A stretch of DNA of 60,668 nucleotides from an uncultured Candidatus Saccharibacteria bacterium (GCA_964402895.1 CAYODR010000004.1:34209-94876); one strand, 5' to 3'; counted from the stretch's first letter, positions 16,272 to 27,229 are shown. Notes: generated by a model not told the origin, from the sequence alone. Program-made: numbers and translations.

Positions 16272-19200
16272 ATGCAACAACAACCACAAAAAAGCGATAG
16301 AGCACAAAAAGAAGAAAAGATTTTAAAATTCTGGCAAGAGAATAAAATCTTTGAAAAGACTTTAGAAAAAGATTCAGCAAAAGGAGAATTCGTTTTCTAT
16401 GAAGGTCCACCTACTGCAAATGCAAAACCGGCACTTCACCATATGGCAGCTAGAGCTTTTAAAGATGTTGTACCACGCTATAAAACTATGGCGGGGTTTA
16501 AGGTTGCAAGAAGAGCGGGTTGGGATACACATGGATTACCCGTTGAACTTCAAATAGAAAAAAAACTCGGTTTAACTTCTAAAAAAGATATTGAGGAATA
16601 TGGTATCGCCAAGTTTAATAAAGAATGTAAAGACAGTGTTTTTACATACATCAAAGATTGGGAGACATTTACTGATCGTATAGGGTATTGGGTAGATAAA
16701 GACAGTGCGTATTACACTTTTAATAATTCATATATTGAATCTCTGTGGAACATTGTTGGTGTAGCTGATACTAAAAAACTTTTATATAAAGATTACAAAA
16801 TCATTCCTTGGTGTGCGCGTTGTGGTACAGGACTTTCTTCACACGAACTTGCACAAGAGTATCAAGATGTAAAAGACCTATCTGTCTATGCAGAATTTAA
16901 AATAAAAGATAATGAAAAGTTCAAAGACACAAGTATCGTAGCTTGGACTACAACTCCATGGACTTTGCCTGGCAATGTGGCACTTGCTATGGGGGCAGAG
17001 ATTGAATATGCACATGTATTGACTAACGAGAAAAAACTGATCATTGCAAAAGAGAGATTAGAATCTTTAGTTTCAGAATATGAAGTTTTAGGTGAATATA
17101 AAGGTAAAGATTTTGAAGGAATAGAGTATGAGCCACTATATCCGTATCTTATAAATAATATTTCTGCAGCTGAAGCAGGAAAAGTTAAAAATGCCTATAA
17201 AGTATATTTGGCGGATTTTGTGACAACTACTGATGGTACAGGTATTGTACATGTTGCGCCAATGTATGGAGCTGATGACTTTGATTTGGGTACAAAATAT
17301 AATTTACCAAAATTCCACACAGTGGGAGTGGATGGAAGATTTATTGAAGGAACCGACTTTCTTGCTAATAGATTTGTAAAAGAAGAAGATGTGGCGGTGG
17401 ACATTGTTAAAGACTTGGCTCATCGTGGACTTTTATTTAAAAAAGAAAAGTATGAACACAGCTATCCACATTGCTGGAGATGTAAGACCCCGCTTCTTTA
17501 TTATGCAAGAGATTCTTGGTTTATTAGAATGTCATCACTTCGTGATGATTTGGTTCAAAATAATGAAAGTATTAATTGGGAACCATCGCATATTAAAAAT
17601 GGTAGGTTCGGAGAGTGGCTTAAAGATATTAAAGATTGGGCTATTTCAAGAGAAAGATATTGGGGGACGCCTCTACCTATTTGGACAGCAGAAGACGGCG
17701 AGCTTTTGGTCGTAGATAGTATTCAAAAAATTAAAGATTTTTCACAAAAATTTAAAAATACTTATACCCTTATTCGTCACGGCGAGACAGGATATAATCT
17801 AAAAGATGTTTGGAGTTATGGTAATGAATCAAATGACCCGCTTACTCCAAATGGGGAAAACCAGATGAGAGAGTCTGCTCTGAATTTAGGCCAGATTGAT
17901 TTGATAATATCTTCTCCATTTTTACGAACTAAACAAAGCGCTTTGATTGTTGCAGATAAACTCGGCATTGATAAAGAAAGTATTATCTATGATAAAGCTT
18001 TTGAGGAATGGAATCCTGGTAAAGACTTTGATGATATTCCAAATTCAATATTTTTTGATTCTGTTGATGAGTTAAATGAGTATGGATTTAAATCAGAAGA
18101 TGGAGAATCTTTTCGGGATGTTATAAAAAGAGTAGGTGAGGGCTTGGCACTACTTGAAGAAAAATACGAAGGAAAAAATATTCTCATTGTGGCACATGGA
18201 GGGATACTTCGTGCGCTTGAATTTATTTCAAACGGAGTTTCAGTTGATCGGTATAAATTTTTAAAACAAAATTATAATAGTTTTAAAAATGCAGAATTTA
18301 GAAAAATAGATTTTGTAAAACTTCCAATTAACGAAAATTCAGAACTTGATTTGCATAAGCCATATATAGATGACATAGATTTATTTAAAGATGGTAAAAA
18401 GTTTACGCGTGTTAAAGAGGTGATGGATGTGTGGTTTGATAGTGGGTCTATGCCTTTTGCGCAAATGCATTATCCTTTTGATAATAAAGAGTATGTTGAT
18501 AATGTTGCTTTTCCTGCAGACTTTATTTCAGAAGGTATTGATCAAACTCGCGGATGGTTTTATACACTTCACGCAGTGGCGGCTATCTTGGGCAAGGGTG
18601 CGGCCTATAAAAATGTTATTTGTCTAGGACATTTGCTTGATGCGCAAGGTAAAAAGATGTCTAAATCTATCGGAAATATTGTTGACCCATGGGAACAAAT
18701 GGATAAATATGGAGCAGACACTCTAAGGCTTTGGATGTATTCTGTCAATCAGCCGGGTGATTCAAAAAACTATGACGAAAGAACCGTGCTTGAAATCAAT
18801 AGGCAGATTTTTGGACTCTTATTTAACATGCTGTCTTTTTATGAGCTTTATAGAAATCAAAGTATAGAGGATCAAGATATAAAACCTCAGAATATTTTGG
18901 ATATCTGGATTCTTTCCAGATTAAATGAGCTTGTTTCTTTTACTACAAACAGCCTTGATAATTATAAACTCTTTGAACCAATCCGTGCCCTGAGAGTATT
19001 CATTGATGATTTTTCTACATGGTATTTAAGAAGGTCTAGAGAAAGAATAAAAGAAGGAGATATTGAGGCTAAATTTACACTTTATAAAGTTATTAAAACT
19101 ATTTCAAAAATTATTGCTCCTTCCGCGCCCTTTGCTGCAGAAGAAATCTGGCAAATATTAAAAACAGATCAAGATGAAGAAAGTGTACACTTAAGTAATT

Positions 19201-19703
19201 GGCCATCTGTCGGGGAAATAAATTCTGAAGTTTTAAATAACATGCAGACTGTAAGAGATATCTGTACTTTAGGAAATGCTCTTAGAAAAAAAACAGGTAT
19301 TGCAGTAAAACAACCGCTTGCAAGTATTGTTTTGAAACAAGAATTGCTTAGTGAAGAATACAATCTTTTGATTAAAGATGAGCTTAATATCAAAAATGTT
19401 TTAAGAGATGAAAGTCAGGAGGATGAAGCGATGCTTGATATAGAAATAACTCCAGAATTAAGAGAAGAAGGTATGGCGCGAGAATTTATTAGACTTGTCC
19501 AAGACAAAAGAAAATCTGCCGGACTTAAACCAGATGATATTATTATACTTGAAATAAAAACCTCTGAAGACGGAGAAAGAATTATCAGCAAATTCAGCGC
19601 AGATATTACTAAGACTGTGGGAGCAGATAGTATTCTATTCAAAGAATTTAATGGAGAGCCGGAAAATATTGGGGGGATTGATTTTGTTATCAACATTTCA
19701 TAA
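16272..19703 (+). CDS. ileS: isoleucine--tRNA ligase with a nested histidine-phosphatase-like domain
   Basis: GWDTHGLPVE, CP1 block TTTPWTLPGN, ISRERYWGTPLPIW, DVWFDSGSMPF and KMSKS. Codons of about 497-690 carry RHG and AHGG phosphatase motifs. Confidence 0.95.
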   Translation: MQQQPQKSDRAQKEEKILKFWQENKIFEKTLEKDSAKGEFVFYEGPPTANAKPALHHMAARAFKDVVPRYKTMAGFKVARRAGWDTHGLPVELQIEKKLGLTSKKDIEEYGIAKFNKECKDSVFTYIKDWETFTDRIGYWVDKDSAYYTFNNSYIESLWNIVGVADTKKLLYKDYKIIPWCARCGTGLSSHELAQEYQDVKDLSVYAEFKIKDNEKFKDTSIVAWTTTPWTLPGNVALAMGAEIEYAHVLTNEKKLIIAKERLESLVSEYEVLGEYKGKDFEGIEYEPLYPYLINNISAAEAGKVKNAYKVYLADFVTTTDGTGIVHVAPMYGADDFDLGTKYNLPKFHTVGVDGRFIEGTDFLANRFVKEEDVAVDIVKDLAHRGLLFKKEKYEHSYPHCWRCKTPLLYYARDSWFIRMSSLRDDLVQNNESINWEPSHIKNGRFGEWLKDIKDWAISRERYWGTPLPIWTAEDGELLVVDSIQKIKDFSQKFKNTYTLIRHGETGYNLKDVWSYGNESNDPLTPNGENQMRESALNLGQIDLIISSPFLRTKQSALIVADKLGIDKESIIYDKAFEEWNPGKDFDDIPNSIFFDSVDELNEYGFKSEDGESFRDVIKRVGEGLALLEEKYEGKNILIVAHGGILRALEFISNGVSVDRYKFLKQNYNSFKNAEFRKIDFVKLPINENSELDLHKPYIDDIDLFKDGKKFTRVKEVMDVWFDSGSMPFAQMHYPFDNKEYVDNVAFPADFISEGIDQTRGWFYTLHAVAAILGKGAAYKNVICLGHLLDAQGKKMSKSIGNIVDPWEQMDKYGADTLRLWMYSVNQPGDSKNYDERTVLEINRQIFGLLFNMLSFYELYRNQSIEDQDIKPQNILDIWILSRLNELVSFTTNSLDNYKLFEPIRALRVFIDDFSTWYLRRSRERIKEGDIEAKFTLYKVIKTISKIIAPSAPFAAEEIWQILKTDQDEESVHLSNWPSVGEINSEVLNNMQTVRDICTLGNALRKKTGIAVKQPLASIVLKQELLSEEYNLLIKDELNIKNVLRDESQEDEAMLDIEITPELREEGMAREFIRLVQDKRKSAGLKPDDIIILEIKTSEDGERIISKFSADITKTVGADSILFKEFNGEPENIGGIDFVINIS

Positions 19704-20278
19704 TGCATAGTATTTATCACACAGAAGCTTTTGTTTTAAAAAGCATACAATATGGTGAAGCAAATAAAAGACTTTGGCTTTATACTAAGGATTTTGGGCT
19801 TATTGTGGCTGTTGTGCAAGGTGTAAGAAAGTCTGGAGCTAAACTTGTATCTCAAATAGGGGATTATACATATATCAAAGCAGATATTATTCGTGGAAAA
19901 GAAGTATGGAGATTGATTAGTGCAAGCCTGATTCAAAACCCTATACAGAAAAAAGAAAGAGACCCTCTTGTGCGAGTATATGCCCGCTCTCTTTCTATGA
20001 TAGCAAGATTTTTTTCTTCTGAAGAGAGTAATGATTTGATTTTTGATCACTTACTTGAACTTTTTAATTTAATTCAAAAAGAAAATATTAATCCAAAGTT
20101 TTTAGATGGAGTGTCTTTATTTAGAATTTTTGGACACTTAGGATATATATCAATAGATTTTAAAAACTCTGTGTTAGTTAAAGATAGTTTGGAGCATGCT
20201 GTTTCTCAGGTTGATGAACAATTGTATAAAAAAATTCTTGTTTATACACAAAAAGCCATAGAGCAAAGTCATTTATAG
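19703..20278 (+). CDS. recO: DNA repair protein RecO (short form)
   Basis: N-terminal OB pattern TEAFVLKSIQYGEANKRLWLYTKDFGLI..VVQGVRK. The ATG overlaps the ileS stop (TAATG). Confidence 0.65.
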   Translation: MHSIYHTEAFVLKSIQYGEANKRLWLYTKDFGLIVAVVQGVRKSGAKLVSQIGDYTYIKADIIRGKEVWRLISASLIQNPIQKKERDPLVRVYARSLSMIARFFSSEESNDLIFDHLLELFNLIQKENINPKFLDGVSLFRIFGHLGYISIDFKNSVLVKDSLEHAVSQVDEQLYKKILVYTQKAIEQSHL

Positions 20279-20293
20279 TGTATAATAAAGTAT

Positions 20294-22180
20294 ATGGCAG
20301 AAGAAATGGACCACATTTCAGATCTTCAGAAGCGTCTTTATACACGCGATCCTGATAATGTTCCCAAAAGAAGATTTGGTATTTTAAGACCGGTTAAGCA
20401 GAATGTAAATTCTGCTTGGGGTAAAACAGAAGTTGAAGATATAAATATTACTCGCAAAAGTGGACTGCGTGGGATTAAGCGTTTTTTTGTTTTTTCTTTA
20501 ATTTTCTTTATTTTAGCTCTAGGTGCACTGGCTTTCTCTGTTTTTAGAGGAGCAGTAACTCTCTCTAGTAAGAATGTTGATTTGGAAATAGCAGGGAACA
20601 CTTTTGTTTCTGGAGGAGAAGAGCTTCCTATTAAAATAGAGGTATTAAATAAAAATTCTGCAGACCTGCTTAATGTTGTACTTGTTTTAAATTATCCAAG
20701 AGGGGCAGTAGATATGGAAGAAGGAGATACTGTGAGAGTAGAGAGAAAGCTTGGAGTTATCCCTGGAGGTAAAGGAAGGGCAGAAAATTTTTCTGTAGTT
20801 TTACATGGAGAACAGGGTATGCTCCACAATATCAAAGCGGTACTCACATATAACCTAGATGGTTCCAGTGCGGTTTTTCAAAAAGAATCTAGTTTTGATG
20901 TTTTGATAAATGCGAGCCCTATTGAGCTTACATTTGATGCTCCTGTTGCGATCTCTCCAGACCAGACATTTACAATGACTTTGCGTAATAGATTTATGGG
21001 AGAAAATTTGTTGCCAAATGTGAGGGTGAGAGTGGATTATCCAAATGGATTTATTTATCAATCATCAGTCCCTGCGCCTATATCCGGTGACAATATTTGG
21101 ACATTGGGAGACTTGCAGTCAGGAAATGAGCAAGTTGTGTATATTCGTGGAAGAATCGTAGGGCAAATAGGAGATGAAAAATCTTTTCGTGTATATGTAG
21201 GTACTCCAGAAAATGAGATAGACAACAAAATAGATTTGACATATAGCTCCACCATACACACATTACAACTCTCAAGACCTTTTATTGCTAGCAATATTTT
21301 TGTAAATGGTGAGTCTGAAGATGTTGTTGCTGTACCTATTGGTCAAAATGTAAATGGAAGTATCAGTTGGGAAAATGCCTCAGGGGAAAGAATTACCGAT
21401 GCTGTTTTTGAACTTCTTGTTGAGGGTGAGGGGGCAGATTTTTCAAGATTTAATGCTTCTAGTGGATATTTTGATAGACCGAGTAGAACTGTTTTTTGGA
21501 ACAGCCAATCTAACCCAGCTCTTTCAGTTGTACAGCCTGGTCAAAGAGGTCAGCTTTCATTTAATTTCCCAATGTTGCAGAATTCAAATCTTAGCGATAT
21601 CAAGCTCACACTATCTATTCGCGGAGTATTTCCTGATAGAGGGTATACAGAAGAGAGAATTTCATCAATTGATGAAATATCTATTCGTCATGCATCTCAT
21701 ATTCAATTTGCTTCACAAGCTTTTTATTCTATTGGACCAATTCAAAATATGGGACCTTTTCCACCAAAGGCGGGGGAAGATACTACTTACACAATCACCT
21801 GGACAGCTAGACCGAGTGAAAATGCGCTTTCAAATTATGTCGTCACAGCAAATTTACCGGAAGGTGTAGTTTGGAAGAATATATATACCCCACAATCAGA
21901 GAGACTTTCATATAACCCAGAAAGTAGAACCATTCTTTGGGATGCAGGTTCTATGCCAAAAATCGGCAATACTTCATATTCAAAAAGTGTAACATTTCAA
22001 GTTCAAATAAGACCAACAACAGAGATGATTGATTCTGAGGTGCCGCTACTTGGACGAGCTAATATAAATGCTCACGATGTTTCAGCCAATGTTCCCATAA
22101 CAGCTTCTCGCTCAGACCTTACTACTAGATTAAGTAGCGACCCAGCATATACACCTGGTAAGGAAAAAGTCTTACCATAG
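20294..22180 (+). CDS. large membrane-anchored extracytoplasmic protein, unknown function
   Basis: A 628-aa ORF with a single TM helix near residue 65-85 and a beta-rich remainder. Confidence 0.7.
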   Translation: MAEEMDHISDLQKRLYTRDPDNVPKRRFGILRPVKQNVNSAWGKTEVEDINITRKSGLRGIKRFFVFSLIFFILALGALAFSVFRGAVTLSSKNVDLEIAGNTFVSGGEELPIKIEVLNKNSADLLNVVLVLNYPRGAVDMEEGDTVRVERKLGVIPGGKGRAENFSVVLHGEQGMLHNIKAVLTYNLDGSSAVFQKESSFDVLINASPIELTFDAPVAISPDQTFTMTLRNRFMGENLLPNVRVRVDYPNGFIYQSSVPAPISGDNIWTLGDLQSGNEQVVYIRGRIVGQIGDEKSFRVYVGTPENEIDNKIDLTYSSTIHTLQLSRPFIASNIFVNGESEDVVAVPIGQNVNGSISWENASGERITDAVFELLVEGEGADFSRFNASSGYFDRPSRTVFWNSQSNPALSVVQPGQRGQLSFNFPMLQNSNLSDIKLTLSIRGVFPDRGYTEERISSIDEISIRHASHIQFASQAFYSIGPIQNMGPFPPKAGEDTTYTITWTARPSENALSNYVVTANLPEGVVWKNIYTPQSERLSYNPESRTILWDAGSMPKIGNTSYSKSVTFQVQIRPTTEMIDSEVPLLGRANINAHDVSANVPITASRSDLTTRLSSDPAYTPGKEKVLP

Positions 22181-22213
22181 TATTATTCATCAAAATATGC
22201 TAAATATATAGCT

Positions 22214-23596
22214 ATGGAAAAAACAATGGAAAATATCATAAGTCTTTGTAAGCGAAAGGGTTTTATATTTCAAGGCTCTGAAATATATGGTGGTCTTGCG
22301 GGGACATTTGATTATGGACCGCTTGGTACTACCCTAAAGAAAAATATTCAAAAACATTGGTGGGATTTTTTTGTAAATCAGAGGGAAGATATTTATGGTA
22401 TAGATGCTGCGCTTTTAATGAATAGTAAAGTATGGAAAGCATCGGGGCATGTAGATGGATTTGCCGACCCATTGATTGAAGATGTGGTAACTAAAAAAAG
22501 ATACAGAGTAGACCATCTTTTAGAGGATAACAATATTGATTCAAGAGGAATGTCTTTATCAGAGATGGAGGCGCTGATTGATGAAAAAAATATTCTTTCT
22601 CCAGATGGAAATAGATTATCTGGCGCAAGACAGTTTAACATGATGTTTAAAACAAATGTCGGCTCTGTTGAAAGTGAAGATAGTGTTTCGTATTTAAGAC
22701 CTGAGACAGCACAGGGGATGTTTGTAAATTTTAAAAATGTAGTAGATAGTATGCATCCAAAACTTCCTTTTGGTTTGGCTCAGATTGGTCGTGCGTTTAG
22801 AAATGAAATTGCTCCGAGAGATTTTATTTTTAGGTCTAGAGAATTTGAACAAATGGAAATAGAATATTTTATAGAGAGTAAAGATTGGGAACAGAATTTT
22901 GATATTTGGCTCAATCTGATGCGTGAATGGATAAAGCGTATCGGTATCAATCCTAAGGGAATACATGAAATAGAAATCTCGGCAGAGGATCGTGCGCATT
23001 ATTCAAGTAGAACTGTGGATTTTGAATTTGATTTTCCTTTTGGACAAAAAGAGCTTTATGGTCTGGCATATCGTACTGATTATGATTTGAAAAAACACGC
23101 TGAAGCAAGTGGGGTGGATTTATTTGTACCTGATTCTACTACTGGAGAAAAAATAGTTCCGCATTGTATTGAGCCATCCTTTGGTTTTGATAGAACGGTT
23201 TTAGCAATTCTTACAAGTAGTTATGAAGAAGTAGGAGAAGGAGAGGATAAAAGAGTAGTCTTAAAGCTCCCAGCATCAATTGCGCCGATTAAAGCGGTAG
23301 TATCTCCGCTTCTTAAAAATAAACCAGAACTAGTAGAAAAAGCTAGAGAAGTATTTTTAGATCTTAAGAAAAAGTTTGGGGATATTCTTTGGGATGACAA
23401 TGGGAATATTGGTAAAAGATATAGAAGGGCTGATGAAGTAGGAACCCCGTTTTGTATTGTTGTAGACTTTGATACACTGGGCGAAACGCCATCGCTTAAG
23501 GGCACTGTGACATTGAGGCATAGAGATACAGGTGAGCAACAAAGACTTCCTATTGTAGATTTAGAAAAGTTTATTGCCGATGCTATTATTTTTTAG
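22214..23596 (+). CDS. glyQS: glycine--tRNA ligase (dimeric class II type)
   Basis: RGFIFQGSEIYGGLAGTFDYGPLG, RPETAQGMF, and FRNEIAPR. Confidence 0.9.
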   Translation: MEKTMENIISLCKRKGFIFQGSEIYGGLAGTFDYGPLGTTLKKNIQKHWWDFFVNQREDIYGIDAALLMNSKVWKASGHVDGFADPLIEDVVTKKRYRVDHLLEDNNIDSRGMSLSEMEALIDEKNILSPDGNRLSGARQFNMMFKTNVGSVESEDSVSYLRPETAQGMFVNFKNVVDSMHPKLPFGLAQIGRAFRNEIAPRDFIFRSREFEQMEIEYFIESKDWEQNFDIWLNLMREWIKRIGINPKGIHEIEISAEDRAHYSSRTVDFEFDFPFGQKELYGLAYRTDYDLKKHAEASGVDLFVPDSTTGEKIVPHCIEPSFGFDRTVLAILTSSYEEVGEGEDKRVVLKLPASIAPIKAVVSPLLKNKPELVEKAREVFLDLKKKFGDILWDDNGNIGKRYRRADEVGTPFCIVVDFDTLGETPSLKGTVTLRHRDTGEQQRLPIVDLEKFIADAIIF

Positions 23597-24614
23597 ATAA
23601 CTCTTCTAAAAGAATTAGACCTCTTTTTTCAAAATCTATAAAAGGTTTTCCAGATTTATCTAAAAATACAGATGTTAAATAATTTACCGGCAAAGAATCC
23701 TTTGATAGGGTAGTATTGAAAATCCCACTTATACCAAGTAAGCCTGATGTTATCAATCTACCATTTCCTCCAACAAAATTTCCAAGACTATAAGCTATAG
23801 TTTTGTTTTTATATATTTCTACTTTTCTTAAAACATGCGGCCCTGACCCAAGTACTAAATCCGCCCCACTATCTATTGCAGTATAAGCAACCTTTCCAAC
23901 ATCGCCCCTGTTTTCTTTGCCCGTGTATTCTATTTCGTAGGGCACAATTGTTTTATCTACTCCCTCATTTCCTCCGTGGAAAAGAATAATAACAAAATCA
24001 TTTTCTGCTTTTAGTTTTTTTATATTTTTTTCTATAAAATCATAATCAGAAATAGTTTCCCAGGGTTTGGTACTTGATAGCCCTAAGATGCCAATGTTTT
24101 TATCTTTTATTTGAATACTGGTAGTTGGATTTTTGACAGACACATATTTAATTCCAACTCGATCAAGTTCTTTTAGTGTGTCTTCTAATCCTTGCTCACC
24201 ATAGTCTAAGGAGTGATTGTTTTTTAAGCTAATAACATCAAAACCAGCATCAAGAAGTGCATCAGCAAAATTTTTATCTCCTCTAAATGCATAACAATTA
24301 TTTAGATATGCATATTCACATTTAGATATTCTCCATTCTTCAGCAAAGGTTCCTTCTAAATTTCCAATTGTGAGGTCAGATTTTTGAAGTTCATTTTTTA
24401 CATCACTAAAAATATTTTGATTATATAAAAAATCTGAAGGTACCATATCTCCAACCCAAGATACACTCAAAGAGTCCACTGATTTTTTAGTGGGATAAAA
24501 TATTTCTTGCACTACTTTTTTTGTTGGTGGAGTAATACCGGATTTATTAATTTGTGCAAAAGCTATTGTACCTAGTCCAAAAGCGGCTATCACTAAAAGT
24601 ATTTTATAAATCAT
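23586..24614 (-). CDS. CapA-family metallophosphatase-like protein
   Basis: Signal/TM N-terminus, VSWVGD, NLEG, NNHSLDYG and FHGGNEG blocks. Confidence 0.75.
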   Translation of the reverse strand: MIYKILLVIAAFGLGTIAFAQINKSGITPPTKKVVQEIFYPTKKSVDSLSVSWVGDMVPSDFLYNQNIFSDVKNELQKSDLTIGNLEGTFAEEWRISKCEYAYLNNCYAFRGDKNFADALLDAGFDVISLKNNHSLDYGEQGLEDTLKELDRVGIKYVSVKNPTTSIQIKDKNIGILGLSSTKPWETISDYDFIEKNIKKLKAENDFVIILFHGGNEGVDKTIVPYEIEYTGKENRGDVGKVAYTAIDSGADLVLGSGPHVLRKVEIYKNKTIAYSLGNFVGGNGRLITSGLLGISGIFNTTLSKDSLPVNYLTSVFLDKSGKPFIDFEKRGLILLEELSKK

Positions 24615-24615
24615 T

Positions 24616-26574
24616 TTAAATTAGTGCATAGTCTATTAATCTTTTAGGAATATCTGCTGAGAGTACTTTGAATCTTACTGGGTCTCCGATATGATATTCT
24701 TTTTTAGTTTTTTTACCTACGATTGCCAAGTCTTTTTCTTTATATTCAAAAAAGTCATTGCCTATATCACGAAGCCTTACCATGCCTTCACATTTTGTTT
24801 CTTTTTCTTCTACGAAAAGTCCATTTGGAGAAATACCTGTAATGATGCCACCGAATACTTGTCCGATTCTTTCAGACATGTATTCTGTTTGTTTATATTT
24901 AATACTTGCTCTTTCTGCTTCAGTTGCTTCTTTCTCTCTTTGAGATGAATGTTCTGACATTGTTATATAGTAGTCTATTTCTTTTTTAGATATTTCTTTA
25001 CCATTTAGATATTTGTTTAGTAGTCTATGCACCATGATATCTGGATATCTACGAATAGGCGATGTAAAGTGAGTATAATATTCAAAAGCTAATCCATAGT
25101 GCCCAATGTTTTTGGTTGAGTATATGGCTTTTGCCATAGAACGAACGATGGCCGTTTGAATAGTCTCACTCTCTGGCTTACCATCAAGTGATAGTACTAA
25201 GTCATTTATTTCTTGTGATGGAATAATACCCTTATCATTTACTGTGAGTTTATAACCCAGTCTTTTTAAAAATGTCTGAAGATTGTCTACTCTTTCAGGG
25301 TCTGGCAAATCGTGAATACGATAAACAAAGATGGGTGCACCTTTTTCTTTTTTGGCTACATATTCTGCCACCTTTCTATTTGCTAAGAGCATCAACTCCT
25401 CAATCATTTTATGAGTACCTCCGCGTTGTTTTACAAATACACCAATGGGTTTACCATTTTCATCTAATTTAAATTTAACTTCTTCTGTCTCTAGATTGAT
25501 AGCACCCTTAGCATATCTTTCTTTTTCTAAAAATTTAGCTATTTGTAATGCGCTTTCAAGCTCTTTTAGATATGGGCCATTTTTTTTATCTAATACTTTT
25601 TGAGCATCTTCATAACTAAATCTGTGTACTGAATGTATTACTCCACGACCAAACCATTGATCTACTATTTCCATATTTTGTCTAAAGGTAAATACTGCAG
25701 AGAATGTCAGTCTATCTACATTTGGCATTAAACTACAAAGATCATTTGATAGAACCTCTGGAAGCATTGGAATAGTACGATCTACTAGATATACGCTAGT
25801 TGCTCTTTGGGCAGCTTCTTTGTCTATTTCTGAATCAGGTTTTACATAATGAGATACATCAGCAATATGAACACCAACTTCTATATTGCCATCATCTAAG
25901 AATTTGATAGAGATTGCATCATCAAAGTCTTTTGCATCTTCTGGGTCAATAGTGAAAGTGATAGTATTTCTAAAATCTCTTCTGTCTTTAATTTTTTCTT
26001 CTTCAGTGATTCCGCGAGCCTTGATTTCATTTGCTTCATCAAGTACTCCTGCTGGGTAATTATTGTCAAAACCTTTTTCAAGTGCGAGTGAAAGCATTTC
26101 CGCATTATTTTCAAAAGGCTTACCCAGTACGCGCACTATTTCACCGCGAGGTTCTTTATTTGGATTTTCCCATGAATCTATTTTACAAAAAACTTTGTCA
26201 CCATTTTTAGCACCGTTTAGTTTGCCGTCAGGGATTTCAATAGGGGTATACATCTTGCCATCATTGGTGACGACGCAGTGATTGCCGTTTTCAAAAGTTA
26301 GGGTCCCACTATATCCGGCTTTTGCACGCTTTACTACTTCTAATACTTTTCCTTCAGGATTTGCATCTCGTGGTGTAGCAGTCACTTCTACTTTTACAAT
26401 ATCTTGACTAAAAGCTCTATTTAAAGCTTCCTTGGGTATTTCAATTGAAACATTTTTTTCTTTAATTTTGGCAAAGCCAATACCGCGAGATGAGATATTG
26501 ATAGATAATTCATATATCTCACCAACTTTTATTTCTGATGTTTTATTTATAGGTTTTTTGAAATTCATAAACAC
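24616..26574 (-). CDS. rnr: ribonuclease R (RNB family 3'-5' exoribonuclease)
   Basis: FTIDPEDAKDFDDA, HYGLAFEYYTHFTSPIRRYPD, and a C-terminal S1 domain. Confidence 0.9.
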   Translation of the reverse strand: MFMNFKKPINKTSEIKVGEIYELSINISSRGIGFAKIKEKNVSIEIPKEALNRAFSQDIVKVEVTATPRDANPEGKVLEVVKRAKAGYSGTLTFENGNHCVVTNDGKMYTPIEIPDGKLNGAKNGDKVFCKIDSWENPNKEPRGEIVRVLGKPFENNAEMLSLALEKGFDNNYPAGVLDEANEIKARGITEEEKIKDRRDFRNTITFTIDPEDAKDFDDAISIKFLDDGNIEVGVHIADVSHYVKPDSEIDKEAAQRATSVYLVDRTIPMLPEVLSNDLCSLMPNVDRLTFSAVFTFRQNMEIVDQWFGRGVIHSVHRFSYEDAQKVLDKKNGPYLKELESALQIAKFLEKERYAKGAINLETEEVKFKLDENGKPIGVFVKQRGGTHKMIEELMLLANRKVAEYVAKKEKGAPIFVYRIHDLPDPERVDNLQTFLKRLGYKLTVNDKGIIPSQEINDLVLSLDGKPESETIQTAIVRSMAKAIYSTKNIGHYGLAFEYYTHFTSPIRRYPDIMVHRLLNKYLNGKEISKKEIDYYITMSEHSSQREKEATEAERASIKYKQTEYMSERIGQVFGGIITGISPNGLFVEEKETKCEGMVRLRDIGNDFFEYKEKDLAIVGKKTKKEYHIGDPVRFKVLSADIPKRLIDYALI

Positions 26575-26668
26575 ACTTTAGCACGGAATGCTTAGATTTT
26601 CTATAGCTTATTGATTAATATATTTTTTATGATATAAACAAGTAAAATGATTTGTAAACTTTAAAAAA

Positions 26669-27229
26669 ATGTATATGAAAAAAATATTTGGTCGGAAAAT
26701 TATACTTTCCCAATGGACAGAAGATGATTTAGGTTTTTTGTTTGAATGCAGAAATGATATTAGTTATAGAAGTTTTTGCTCTATGAGAAAAAAGTTAAAA
26801 GATTTTGAAGAATTCAAGAAAGAGATATCTTATGATTTTAATAAAGACAGAGAAGATCAATTTATAATAATAAATAAGCGCACTAAAGATTATATGGGCA
26901 CAATTTTTATTTATGATATGGATTTATGGCATCAAAATTGTTTTATTACTGTTTTTCTTAAGAAAGGTTTTAGGAATATTGGCTATGGGGTAGAATCTTT
27001 TTGTTTATTATGCGAATATCTCTTTAAAAAATATAAATTAAATAAAATCATAATAGATGTTTATTCTAATAATTTTGATGCCATAAAGATTATCAACAAA
27101 ACAAATTTTCAGAAGGAGGGTCATTTTAAAAATCATCGTAGAGATATCTCCGGTGAATGGTTAGATGTTTTTAGATATTCATTATTTAAAATAGATTTTA
27201 TTAATATTTACAAAAGTATAAAAAATTGA
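26669..27229 (+). CDS. GNAT-family N-acetyltransferase (RimJ/RimL-like)
   Basis: GYGVESFCLLCEYLFKKYKLNKI...N..A.K...K.NFQKEG pattern. Confidence 0.7.
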   Translation: MYMKKIFGRKIILSQWTEDDLGFLFECRNDISYRSFCSMRKKLKDFEEFKKEISYDFNKDREDQFIIINKRTKDYMGTIFIYDMDLWHQNCFITVFLKKGFRNIGYGVESFCLLCEYLFKKYKLNKIIIDVYSNNFDAIKIINKTNFQKEGHFKNHRRDISGEWLDVFRYSLFKIDFINIYKSIKN

